From contig CAVOGR010000002.1 of the NCBI GenBank assembly GCA_963695555.1, positions 128,001 to 192,000 of the forward strand: a stretch of 64,000 nucleotides of DNA. Reading direction: 5' to 3'. Positions 48,623 to 58,244 of this stretch are shown piece after piece; within the stretch, counting starts at the first letter, position 1; each line of letters begins with the position of its first letter. Under the pieces are notes generated by a model. That model saw only the letters and a list, made by a program, of their open reading frames with translations, had not been told where the DNA came from and searched no databases. The stretch comes from an uncultured Gemmatimonadales bacterium (GTDB lineage Bacteria > Gemmatimonadota > Gemmatimonadetes > Gemmatimonadales > GWC2-71-9). The position numbers and the translations under genes were made by a program.

Positions 48623-49357
48623 ATGACCGTGCCTGCTAATGCCACGGGGCACGGCGAGCGGCGGCGGCCCTTTCTCAGGGCCCGCTGGTCCAATCTCATC
48701 CTGCTCACCTACGCCGTGCCCGATGAGCTGGTGCGCCCGTATCTACATCCTGCTTTGGAACTCGACCGGTGGCAGAACAACGCCCATGTAAGCCTCGTTG
48801 CCTTTGACTTCCAGGACACCAGGGTCCGCGGGCGCCGGTTTCCAGGACTGGTCAACTTCCCGGAGCTCAATCTTCGGACATACGTCCGGCACCAAGACCA
48901 GCGCGGCGTGCTCTTCGTCCGCGAGTTTGTCCCGAGTCGGCTTGTTGCACTGGTAGCCCGTGCGCGGTACAACGAGCCGTATTCCGCAATCACCATGTCG
49001 AGCCGCACGCTCGGCAAGAGCCATGATCTGCTCCTAGTCGAACACTCCTGGCGGCACAACGAGGCTGATGGGCATATCCGGGTGACCGGCCCACAGCAGT
49101 CGGCTCTCCCAGCTGACGCGAACACCTACCCCTTCAAGGAACGTCACCGCGGCTTCGGTGTGTCGCGCCGCGGCGATTTGGTCAGCTACCGTGTGGAACA
49201 CCCTGAATGGGCCGTCCGGGACATCTACCAACTTGATTATCGCGTCGACTTCGCCTCGCTCTATGGCCAGGCGTGGGCGTTCCTCACCGATGCCGCGCCG
49301 GTGCAGGTAACGTTCGCGGTAGGGTCTTCGGTCGAAGTCTTCCCGCCCGGCCGCTGA
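48623..49357 (+). CDS. DUF2071 (YqjF-like) protein
   Basis: FLRARWSNL, VSLVAF, FPELNLRTYV, YNEPY, VEHPEW. Confidence 0.85.
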   Translation: MTVPANATGHGERRRPFLRARWSNLILLTYAVPDELVRPYLHPALELDRWQNNAHVSLVAFDFQDTRVRGRRFPGLVNFPELNLRTYVRHQDQRGVLFVREFVPSRLVALVARARYNEPYSAITMSSRTLGKSHDLLLVEHSWRHNEADGHIRVTGPQQSALPADANTYPFKERHRGFGVSRRGDLVSYRVEHPEWAVRDIYQLDYRVDFASLYGQAWAFLTDAAPVQVTFAVGSSVEVFPPGR

Positions 49358-49366
49358 GCGGTACGC

Positions 49367-50335
49367 TTACGGACTTATCCGACCGGCAGGGCGCTCGAGC
49401 AACGTTGGGCCGATTGCCGGCCGATCCCGCTGCCGCGATCGGGCCGATGTGATGAGACCCACGGCCGTGATAATGACGGCAGTGGCCAGGAGCGTACGGG
49501 ACGATAGACCTTCTCCCCCCAGCAACCATCCGAGCAAAACCGCGACCACCGGGTTGACGTAGCCCGTGGTGGCGACCCTGGCCGGGGTACTCACTCGCAA
49601 CAGCCAGACGTAGGCCGAGTAGGTGATGAGGGAGCCAAAGACGATGAGATACGCCACGGCAAGGAGGGAGCGGCGTGTAACGTTCGAGAGGTCGAGCCTG
49701 GCCCACTCTCCGCTCGCGGTTCCCACCAGAAGGAGAATGGCACCACCGCAGAGCATCGCGGTCGCAGTGAAAAGGAGGGGCGAAGCTGGTTTGCTAGCCT
49801 CGAGGGCGTAGATCGACCCGATCGCCCAGAAGAGGGCGGCGCCGAGCAAGGCGAGCGTCCCTGCCGCATCAACAGCCGTCGCGTGCGCCTCCCAGGGGTT
49901 GACCAGTAATGCGACCCCCGCGAACCCGATTAAGAGCCCGGCGACCACAGCCACGTTGGGGCGCGGGGCGTTGCGCCACCACCAGTCCAGCAAAACCATC
50001 CAGAACGGCGTCGTGGCCACAATGAGCGCCGCGATGCCAGACGGGACCCGCTGCTCCGCCCAAACGACCAACCCGTTGCCGGCGGCGAGCATGAACCCAC
50101 CCACGATGAGCGCGCTCATCCAGTGACGGGCTGTGGGTCGGGGCACCGCTCGAAGCCGGCACCAACCGTACAACACGCTGCCGGCACAGGTAAAGCGAAC
50201 CCCGGCCATGAGAAAAGGCGGGATCGTTTGGATGGCAAACCGAATGGCGAGGTAGGTGGAACCCCAGACGAGGTACACCGCGGCGAACGCCAGGATCAAT
50301 CCGAGCGTCGGCGGCCGGTTTTCCGGCGAGTGCAC
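49367..50335 (-). CDS. EamA/DMT family transporter
   Basis: VYLVWGSTYLAIR, VPSGIAAL, YVNPVVAVLLG; about 10 TM. Confidence 0.92.
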   Translation of the reverse strand: MHSPENRPPTLGLILAFAAVYLVWGSTYLAIRFAIQTIPPFLMAGVRFTCAGSVLYGWCRLRAVPRPTARHWMSALIVGGFMLAAGNGLVVWAEQRVPSGIAALIVATTPFWMVLLDWWWRNAPRPNVAVVAGLLIGFAGVALLVNPWEAHATAVDAAGTLALLGAALFWAIGSIYALEASKPASPLLFTATAMLCGGAILLLVGTASGEWARLDLSNVTRRSLLAVAYLIVFGSLITYSAYVWLLRVSTPARVATTGYVNPVVAVLLGWLLGGEGLSSRTLLATAVIITAVGLITSARSRQRDRPAIGPTLLERPAGRISP

Positions 50336-50336
50336 G

Positions 50337-51449
50337 TTAGGGAATCCGGTCGTCCGCCGGGGGGGTGCTGGGGTCCGCTGGGGTATCGATCACGGGCTCG
50401 ACCGACGCCGGAGGAGAGAAGCCCGGCCCGGATGCCGGGACCGTTCCCGACACACCTGGGACCACCAGGTATTCCTCCCGGTACATCCGGATCAGTTCAA
50501 ACAGGTAGGACAGGGCCAGCGGGCCAATCAGGATGCCGAGCAAGCCGAAGAACCGCACGCCGGCAAAAGCGCCGATCAGGGTGATCAACGGATGGATATT
50601 GGCCCATCGGCGGTAGATGAGTGGCCGCAGAATGTTGTCGATGTTGCCCACCAGCACGAGACCCCAGAGGCCCAAGAAAATCGCTCCGCCGATCCGCTGT
50701 TCGAATACCAACGCCACCGTGCCGGGAACCCAGACCAACCCGCTCCCGACTACTGGGAGGATCGAAAGCACGGCCGTCACTACACCCCAAAAGAACGCGT
50801 TGGAGAGCCCGCTCCACCAGAACCCGAGGCCAACCAGTGTTCCCTGCACCGCGGCGATCAGACCGGTACCGATGAGTGTCGAGTTGGTCACGTCGCGAAA
50901 GCGGCGGCGCAGCCGCTCCGCACTATCTGAGGAGAATGGGATATAGGGGCGAACGGCATCCCAGGTGACGTCGGGATACAACAAGAGATAGTAGAGACCG
51001 AACAGCGCGATCGTGAGGTTCAGTGTTACCCGCGTTGCTGTCCCGAGAAGACCGAGGGCGCTCCGTCCGATGAACGAGACAATCTGTTCGCCCGCCGCCG
51101 CAATCTGGGGCCCGACGTCGAACTGTCCGATTCGCAGTTCCGACAAACGCGAGAGGAACGGGCTCCGGATCACGCCGCTGGCAATGCTCTGCGCCTCCGT
51201 CGCGACCAGTCCCACGAAGGACACGCCGGGGCCGATGATGAGGACCACGGCCAGTGCCACCACCAGAGCCGCCGCCACCGATGGCTTGATGCGCGCGCCC
51301 AGCCATCGATGAAATGGCCGGAAAATGACGAACAGGACCGGAATCCCGATGAGCCCGGTGGCGAATGGGGCGAGCGCGAAGGCGAGCCCCACCCCGAGCA
51401 ACATGATCAGGAGGGCGGCACGCTGATGATTGGTATCGAGAAATGGCAT
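50337..51449 (-). CDS. AI-2E family transporter
   Basis: LPVVGSGLVWVP, IDNILRP, IHPL, FGLLGILIGP. Confidence 0.92.
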   Translation of the reverse strand: MPFLDTNHQRAALLIMLLGVGLAFALAPFATGLIGIPVLFVIFRPFHRWLGARIKPSVAAALVVALAVVLIIGPGVSFVGLVATEAQSIASGVIRSPFLSRLSELRIGQFDVGPQIAAAGEQIVSFIGRSALGLLGTATRVTLNLTIALFGLYYLLLYPDVTWDAVRPYIPFSSDSAERLRRRFRDVTNSTLIGTGLIAAVQGTLVGLGFWWSGLSNAFFWGVVTAVLSILPVVGSGLVWVPGTVALVFEQRIGGAIFLGLWGLVLVGNIDNILRPLIYRRWANIHPLITLIGAFAGVRFFGLLGILIGPLALSYLFELIRMYREEYLVVPGVSGTVPASGPGFSPPASVEPVIDTPADPSTPPADDRIP

Positions 51450-51650
51450 GGGGCCGTCGAAAACGGAGTTGAGGCGCCCTCGTCCCCTCGGCGGGCGCTC
51501 GAGCTGTCCACGTCACCCACCCCTCGGACGTGCCAGTGGGCCACCGAGCCACGGCCGGGCTTGACCGGCGAGCCGTAGGCGCCAAATGAGCGGGCTCCAT
51601 ATATAGCAGCCCCACAGCAAGAATGCAGGCGACCGGGGCTCGTCGCAATA

Positions 51651-51676
51651 TGAAACTTTTGGTCGCTCGATGCGTC
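51651..51676 (+). promoter_or_regulatory. Putative ECF sigma promoter (SigW-like)
   Basis: TGAAAC-N16-CGTC about 50 bp upstream of the exporter operon. Confidence 0.6.
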
Positions 51677-51727
51677 GGGAACCCGACAGAATCTCCTGAT
51701 CATCCAAGCACGCTCTGGAGGTGTGGC

Positions 51728-52848
51728 ATGCGGCCGGATCGACGACTCATCATGATCGCCGTGGCCCTGGCGTTCGGAGCACAGGGCTGCCGCGATGCGA
51801 GTGCCAACGGTGGAGAGGGCGGACGCCCCTACCGCGTGGGCACCGTGGATCGGGGACAGATCCGGGTGGTGGTGGAAGAAACCGGCATCGTGGAGCCGGA
51901 ACGCCAAATCATCGTCAAGTCGCCCATCTCAGGTGTGGTGCAGCGTCTGAGTGTCCGGGAAGGCGACCGCGTACGCCGCGGGCAACACCTGGCGCGAATC
52001 CTCCCCGATATCGCCCAGGCGAATGCGCTGGCCCAGATTCGCAGCGACATCGCCGCCGCTACCATCACCCGTGAGAACGCGGAACGAGAGTATCAGCGTG
52101 CCCTCGAGCTCAGCCGCACGGGGGGCATTGCCCAGACGGATCTCGATCAGCGCACGGTGGACCTCGAGCAGGCTCGCAATCAACACCGCACCGCGATGGA
52201 TCAGTTGCGGCTCGTGGAATTGAGCGGCGTGACGGCGGTCGACTCGGCCCAATGGGCGAACATCACGGCGCCGTCGTCGGGCGTGGTCATCCGCCGCGGC
52301 GTCGAGGCTGGCGAGACGGTCGTGGGCGGGACGAGTGCGTTCGGAGGTGGCACAGAACTCTTCACGATCGCCGACTTATCGACCCTGCTCGTCAAGGCGT
52401 CCATCAACGAGGTCGACATCGGCAAGGTTGCGGTCGACGACAGCGTGTCCCTGACCGTCGACGCGTTTCCCGGCGACACGACGCCCGGTGTCGTGCGATT
52501 AGTGCCACCGGCGGCCCGGCAGGACGACCGGGTTCGCGTGTTCGATGTCGAGATCGAAGCGCGGACGGGGGCGGCATTCTCCGGCCGGGGATGACCGCAA
52601 ACGTCCCCATCTTCGGGCCAAGTCGAGATGACGTGGCACGCGTCCCCGTCGAAGCGGTGTTCATCAACGAGGGTCAACCGGTCGTGTATCGGGTCATGGG
52701 GAACGACCACCAGCGCACACCGATCACGCTGGGGTTGAGCGACTTGGCCTTCGTCGAGGTCCTGAGCGGCGTCGCATCAGGCGACACGGTCGCGCTCGAG
52801 GATCCGATCGCGGCGATCGAACGAGCCGCCAATCCCGCCCGCCGATGA
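51728..52848 (+). CDS. Periplasmic adaptor subunit (MacA/HlyD-like; frameshift near 52560)
   Basis: VKSPISGVV, ITAPSSGVV, INEVDIGKV; continues in the next frame as LRPGMTANV...GLSDLAFVEVLSG. Confidence 0.88.
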
Positions 52849-53519
52849 TGCCGGCGCTCATCGAAGCCCGCGACCTCGAGAAGATCTATCGCCTGGGCCG
52901 AGTGGACGTGCCGGCCCTGCGCGGGGTAGACGTGGCCGTGGCGAGCGGGGAGTTCGTGGCGATCGTCGGGCCGTCGGGCTCGGGCAAGAGCACACTCATG
53001 CACATCCTCGGCTGTCTCGATTCCGCGACAGCCGGGACCTACATGCTCGACGGTGAGGACGTCAGCGGGCTCAGCGGCAAGCGCCTGGCCCAGGTGCGCA
53101 ACCGCAAGGTCGGGTTCGTCTTCCAGACATTCAATCTCATGCCCCGGCTCAACGTCGAAGAGAACGTGGCGCTTCCCCTCAAGTACCGTGGCGGCATTCC
53201 ACACCGGGCACGACGGGCCCGGGCGCTCGAGATTCTCGCGCGCCTGAAATTGGACGATCGGATTCATCACCGCCCCGATGAGCTCTCCGGCGGACAGCGC
53301 CAGCGGGTCGCCATTGCCCGCGCGCTGGTGGGGGAACCCGCCATTCTCATGGCCGACGAACCAACCGGGAATCTCGACTCTCGAGCCGGGGGCGAGGTGC
53401 TCGAGACGTTCGAGGAACTCCATGCCGCCGGGCACACCATCGTCATGGTCACCCACGATGCTCATAATGCGGCACGGGCTCAGCGCATCATCGAGATCAG
53501 CGACGGAAAGGTGGTATGA
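52845..53519 (+). CDS. ABC transporter ATP-binding protein (MacB/LolD-like)
   Basis: GPSGSGKS, LSGGQRQR, ADEPTGNLD, VTHD. Confidence 0.95.
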   Translation: MMPALIEARDLEKIYRLGRVDVPALRGVDVAVASGEFVAIVGPSGSGKSTLMHILGCLDSATAGTYMLDGEDVSGLSGKRLAQVRNRKVGFVFQTFNLMPRLNVEENVALPLKYRGGIPHRARRARALEILARLKLDDRIHHRPDELSGGQRQRVAIARALVGEPAILMADEPTGNLDSRAGGEVLETFEELHAAGHTIVMVTHDAHNAARAQRIIEISDGKVV

Positions 53520-54739
53520 ACCTCTTCGAGTCGCTCCTCTCCGGCCTCGATGAGGCCCGCCGCCATTGGGGCCAGACGCTCCTGTCCTTGCTCGGCCTCG
53601 TCCTCGGAACAGGGAGCATCGTCACGGTCCTGGCTCTGTTTGGAGGCCAGACCGCGCTCACCCAGCAGTACCTGGAAGAAGTCGGCGGAATCGGGACCAT
53701 GATCGTCTCCGACCGAGACGAGCCGGCACGACCGACTGCACGGGAGCGAGCATCGAAGCGGCTGACGTACGACGACGCGGCTTTTCTCAAGCAGCGGGCT
53801 CAAACGCTCTCGGCCGTGAGCCCTGGCTGGGCCGAAGACCTCGATTACCGCGCCGGGGCGACGAGCTTCCGCGGTCAGGTGATCGGCACCGTGCCTGATT
53901 ACGCCGTCATCAACGATATCCGTCCCCTCGTGGGCCGGTACCTGAGCGCCCTGGATGTGGCCAACCATGCTCGGGTCATCGTGATGGGATGGAAGTACGC
54001 CGACTCCTTGTTCGGAGGGCCGACCCGGGCGTTGGACCAGCTCGTGACCATTGGGGGCAAGCAGTTTGTGGTCGTGGGGGTGCTCGAACGGGAGGAGTTC
54101 TATTTCGCGTCCTGGGAAGGAAACGCCCTCGAGTATCGTAACGAACGCGCCTACATCCCGATCACGACGGCGATCACCCACTTCGGCGGGGTCGACCGAT
54201 TGAGCTTCCTGACATTGAAGGCCACGCGGGATGGGCGGGCGACGGCGGAGTCGGAGGTGCGGAGCCTCCTGTTCGCTCGGCACGGGGTGGAGGATTTCGA
54301 TCTGCGTCCGTCCGGTGCGGGGGCCGGATCGGACAGCGGGAATTTCTTGCAACTCTTCAATTACATCTTTCTGGTCGTCGGCGTCGTGTCGCTCTTCGCC
54401 GGCGGGATCGTTATCGCCAACATTCTGCTCGCGTCGGTCGTCGAGCGAGTACGCGAATTCGGCACTCGAATGGCGCTGGGCGCGTCGGCGGGAAGCATCT
54501 TCGCCCATGTCTTGGCCGAGGTCATGGTCATTACCGTCATCGGAGCCGCCCTGGGACTGGCCCTGGGCCGAGCCCTGACCGGGACCGTCGCCTATTTCAT
54601 GCAGATGCCCGCCGTCGTGAGCCCGGTCATCGCCGTGGTGGCGACGGGCACGGCGCTCACGGTTGGACTCGCCGCCGGCATCTATCCAGCATGGCGGGCA
54701 GCAAGGCTCGAGCCGGTGGAGGCGTTACGCTATGGGTGA
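53516..54739 (+). CDS. MacB-type ABC transporter permease
   Basis: GGIVIANILLASVVERVREFG, YPAWRAARLEPVEALR. Confidence 0.92.
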   Translation: MNLFESLLSGLDEARRHWGQTLLSLLGLVLGTGSIVTVLALFGGQTALTQQYLEEVGGIGTMIVSDRDEPARPTARERASKRLTYDDAAFLKQRAQTLSAVSPGWAEDLDYRAGATSFRGQVIGTVPDYAVINDIRPLVGRYLSALDVANHARVIVMGWKYADSLFGGPTRALDQLVTIGGKQFVVVGVLEREEFYFASWEGNALEYRNERAYIPITTAITHFGGVDRLSFLTLKATRDGRATAESEVRSLLFARHGVEDFDLRPSGAGAGSDSGNFLQLFNYIFLVVGVVSLFAGGIVIANILLASVVERVREFGTRMALGASAGSIFAHVLAEVMVITVIGAALGLALGRALTGTVAYFMQMPAVVSPVIAVVATGTALTVGLAAGIYPAWRAARLEPVEALRYG

Positions 54740-56009
54740 CGCGAGCAGCCGGTGGGTCCGAGTCTCTGAGGCAGGCGAACTGATCGTTGACGCGCTCCGC
54801 GAGATCTGGGCGCACCCACTGCGATCGGTGCTCACCCTCTCCGGCATCGTGTTCGGTGCCGCCTCGCTGGTGTCGATGACGTCGCTCGCTGCGGCCATGC
54901 GAACCCTGGCCCATGACGATCTCATCGCCATGGGATACCCACGGAGCTATTCCATCATCGACCGGGACCCGCCGTCGGATGCCGCGACTGCTGGCACGCT
55001 CAGGCATCCGGGTCTCAAACTCGGAGATCTCGATGCGCTCCGCGGCCTCCCGGGTGTGGAGTCGGTCCATGGCCGCAACTTCGGTGGCCAGTACATCGTC
55101 AGCGCACCAGCCGGCCAGCGCGATATCCGAATCGACGGCGTGGATGCCGGCTATCTCGAAATGCGCAACTATCGCATCGTCGCCGGGCGCAGCTTGCGCG
55201 TTCTAGACGTTGAGAATCGGTCCCGCGTGGTTGTGGTCGGTTCCGAGTTGGTGCGCCCATTGTTCGGCGCCATGGACCCCATTGGTCGGAGTGTCGCGAT
55301 CGATGGCGTCCGGTTCCTCGTCGTCGGCGTGGTGGCACCCATCACCTTCGACCTCGTCCCGGCTGACTTCAGCTTCGTGGCGCGGCGTCTCTACGTGCCC
55401 TACACCTACCTCACCAGATACTACCAGGGAGAGGCACGAATCGACCTCGCCTTGATAACGGCCAAACCGGCCGCTTCGTTTTCAGCGGTGCTGCGAGACG
55501 GCACTCGCCTGGTCCGCCAACGTCATGGCGGGGTCGAGGATTTCACGATCGACAATGAGGCCGCCGATGTCCTGTCCGACCTTGCAATGGCCGACAACAT
55601 CCTGAAAGGATGGAATGGGGTGATGTTCACCATCGCGGGGGTCACCCTCGTGGTGGGCGGCATTGGACTCTTCAGCGTTCTCTTGATTTCAGTCCGAGAG
55701 CGGGTCCGTGAGATCGGGATCCGAAAATCCCTCGGCGCCGATGAGGGTGCGATTCTCCGTCTCTTCCTCGCCGAGTCCCTCACGCTCGCGTTCCTCGGGG
55801 CGGTGGTCGGCACGGTGGGCGGTGTGGGCTTGATCCTGATCACCGAGCGGATCGGTGCCGCATTCGGCAAGCCGTTCAGCATCCCCCTGAGTCAAACCGG
55901 AATGATCGTCGCCATCGTATTCGCAGTGGTCGTCGGAGTGGTCTTTGGCTGGTATCCCGCCCGCCGAGCCGCAAAGCTCGACCCCATTGCCGCGATCGCC
56001 GGCGTCTAG
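54732..56009 (+). CDS. MacB-type ABC transporter permease (second)
   Basis: RSVLTLSGI, VRERVREIGIRKSLGA, YPARRAAKLDPI. Confidence 0.92.
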   Translation: MGDASSRWVRVSEAGELIVDALREIWAHPLRSVLTLSGIVFGAASLVSMTSLAAAMRTLAHDDLIAMGYPRSYSIIDRDPPSDAATAGTLRHPGLKLGDLDALRGLPGVESVHGRNFGGQYIVSAPAGQRDIRIDGVDAGYLEMRNYRIVAGRSLRVLDVENRSRVVVVGSELVRPLFGAMDPIGRSVAIDGVRFLVVGVVAPITFDLVPADFSFVARRLYVPYTYLTRYYQGEARIDLALITAKPAASFSAVLRDGTRLVRQRHGGVEDFTIDNEAADVLSDLAMADNILKGWNGVMFTIAGVTLVVGGIGLFSVLLISVRERVREIGIRKSLGADEGAILRLFLAESLTLAFLGAVVGTVGGVGLILITERIGAAFGKPFSIPLSQTGMIVAIVFAVVVGVVFGWYPARRAAKLDPIAAIAGV

Positions 56010-56148
56010 ACCGCTCTCGCTGTCTAAAACCTTGACGGCAAAACCTGGGATAGTGCCAATCGGTGCAATCGGCAATATCTTGATTACCTTTTGAAGGATC
56101 CCCCTTTGTGGGGGCGGTCTTCTTTCCTGATCTTCAACGGAGTGTGAC

Positions 56149-57523
56149 ATGAAAATCCTACTGGGCGCCGCTCTTGGATTAGCCGCCTGGTTCCTCCCTC
56201 AGGCCGCCGTCGCCCAAGGCGGCGGAACGGTTGAACTGGGTGCGCTGGGCCAATACACGATCTTCGATCAGTCCCTCACGTTCGACGACGCCATCCTGGT
56301 CGGCGGGCGTATCGGCGTCTTCCTCAAGCCCAGTATCTCGCTCGAGGCTCAAGGCGCCTACGGCAAGACCGACCTGACCTCGGGAGCAGCCAGAGCCTCG
56401 TTCTTCCCCATCCATGGTCGGTTGCTCTTTCACGTTCCGCTGGCGAATCGGGTCCACTTCATCGTTGGGCCCGGGTACGTGCACCACGAGTTCGGTGACG
56501 ACTTCGACGGGTCGGAAGACGGCGTCAGCGGGCTCGGCGGGTTCCGCTTCGGCCTGAGCGACAACGTGGCACTTCCGAGTGGAAGGGATCGTCGACTACG
56601 TCCCGACGCCGGCAAACGCCGGCCCAGGAGTGGACGACGGCTGGACCTACGGCATTCAGGCCGGCCTTTCCTTCCTCTTGGGCGGACACGCCCCCAAGGA
56701 CACTGACGGCGACGGGATCAATGACCGACTCGATCGCTGCCCCGGCACGCCGATGGGCGACATGGTCGACCCCACCGGCTGTGCGATTCCCAAGGATCGG
56801 GACCGAGACGGCGTGCTGGACACGGCCGACCGCTGCCCCAACACCGCGGCCGGGGTACGGGTGGACGCCACCGGCTGCCCGGTGGATACCGACGGCGACG
56901 GGGTTACCGATTCGGCTGACCGCTGCCCCAACACGGCACGTGGCGCGCAGGTGGACGCCCAGGGGTGCCCGCTGGCGACCGACGTCGACGGCGATGGCGT
57001 GGTGGATTCGGTAGATCGTTGCCCCAACTCACCACGCGGCGCCGTGGTCGACAGCGAGGGCTGCACCGTCCCGCAGGACACCGACGGGGACGGCGTCGAT
57101 GACAGTCTCGATCGTTGCCCCGCAACGGCGACCGGCACGCAAGTCGACGCGGTGGGCTGCCCGATCTTGTTCCGGGACCAACAGACGATACTGATTCTCG
57201 AAGGCGTCACGTTCGCGAGCGGCCGGGCCGACCTCACCCAGGCGGCACGAGCCATTCTGCTCACGGTGGCCCAGTCGTTGATCGGCAACCCCACCGTTCG
57301 GGTGGAAATCGCCGGACACACCGACATCACCGGATCGCGCGACGTGAACATGCGGCTGTCGCAGAGCCGCGCTGATGCCGTGCGGAACTTCCTCATCCGC
57401 AATGGCGTGGATGCGGAACGTCTGGTGGCGCGGGGCTATGGCCCCGATGAGGCGGTCGCGGACAACGCCACCGCTGCCGGGCGCGCGGAAAACCGTCGCG
57501 TGGAGTTGCGGCGGCAGAACTAA
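56149..57523 (+). CDS. OmpA-family protein: beta-barrel, TSP3-like repeats, OmpA_C (frameshift near 56574)
   Basis: Signal peptide, barrel, DxDxDG..D.CP repeats, GHTDITG...LSQSRA...NRRVE. Confidence 0.9.
56699..57160 (+). repeat. Five thrombospondin type-3-like Ca-binding repeats
   Basis: DTDGDGINDRLDRCP, DRDRDGVLDTADRCP, DTDGDGVTDSADRCP, DVDGDGVVDSVDRCP, DTDGDGVDDSLDRCP. Confidence 0.88.
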
Positions 57524-57577
57524 GCCATCACGGGGGAGTGGGCACGAGACCAACGTGCCCACTCACCTTTTCCCATC

Positions 57578-58180
57578 ATGCAGCACAATCCTCAGGCTTC
57601 GGTTCGAGGATTGGCCCGGGTGCGGAACCAGGCCCTCCTATGGGCCCGGGGCCGCTCCTGGCCTTGGCGGGCCCTGATAGTGCTCTACGTAGCATATGCC
57701 GGGTTCCGCCACTTGGCCGATCCAGACTACCGGAGCATCTTCTCCGGTATCACCTTCGGGGTGCACGAACTCGGTCACCTCGTCTTCGCGTTCTTCGGCT
57801 CTTTCCTTGCCGTCGCCGGCGGTACCATCGCCCAGCTCGCGCTGCCGATCGCGGCCGGCGCGTTGCTCTGGAGCCACCGGGATTATTTCGGGGTTGCCGT
57901 GGCCGGCGGGTGGCTGTCGATGAGCCTCGCGGAGATGGCGGTATACATGGCCGACGCGCGCGAGCAATCCCTGACCTTGCTCGGATTTGGACCCGACCCC
58001 GCGCACGATTGGTACTACCTCTTGTCAGCGATGGGATTGTTGGAGCAGGATCGTGCGCTGGCGGACGTAGCCCGCTTGGCCGCACTCATGCTCCTGACAA
58101 CATCGCTGGTCGTGGGGACCTGGCTCTGTGTGGTCATGGCCCGCTCAGGCCGCATGGGTGAGGGCGCGCCGTCCCCATGA
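57578..58180 (+). CDS. Membrane protein with HExxH motif (M50-like)
   Basis: VHELGH next to TM segments; later HDW. Confidence 0.6.
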   Translation: MQHNPQASVRGLARVRNQALLWARGRSWPWRALIVLYVAYAGFRHLADPDYRSIFSGITFGVHELGHLVFAFFGSFLAVAGGTIAQLALPIAAGALLWSHRDYFGVAVAGGWLSMSLAEMAVYMADAREQSLTLLGFGPDPAHDWYYLLSAMGLLEQDRALADVARLAALMLLTTSLVVGTWLCVVMARSGRMGEGAPSP

Positions 58181-58244
58181 GGGCGGTCGTGCTTTCCCTT
58201 GCTCCGGCGGTGTGATATCGTTCCTCGACTCTTCCATATTCGCC

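Noticed and set aside
56093..56127. Hairpin upstream of the OmpA gene as a terminator or attenuator
   Set aside because: Imperfect stem and short T-run; its role cannot be assigned from sequence alone
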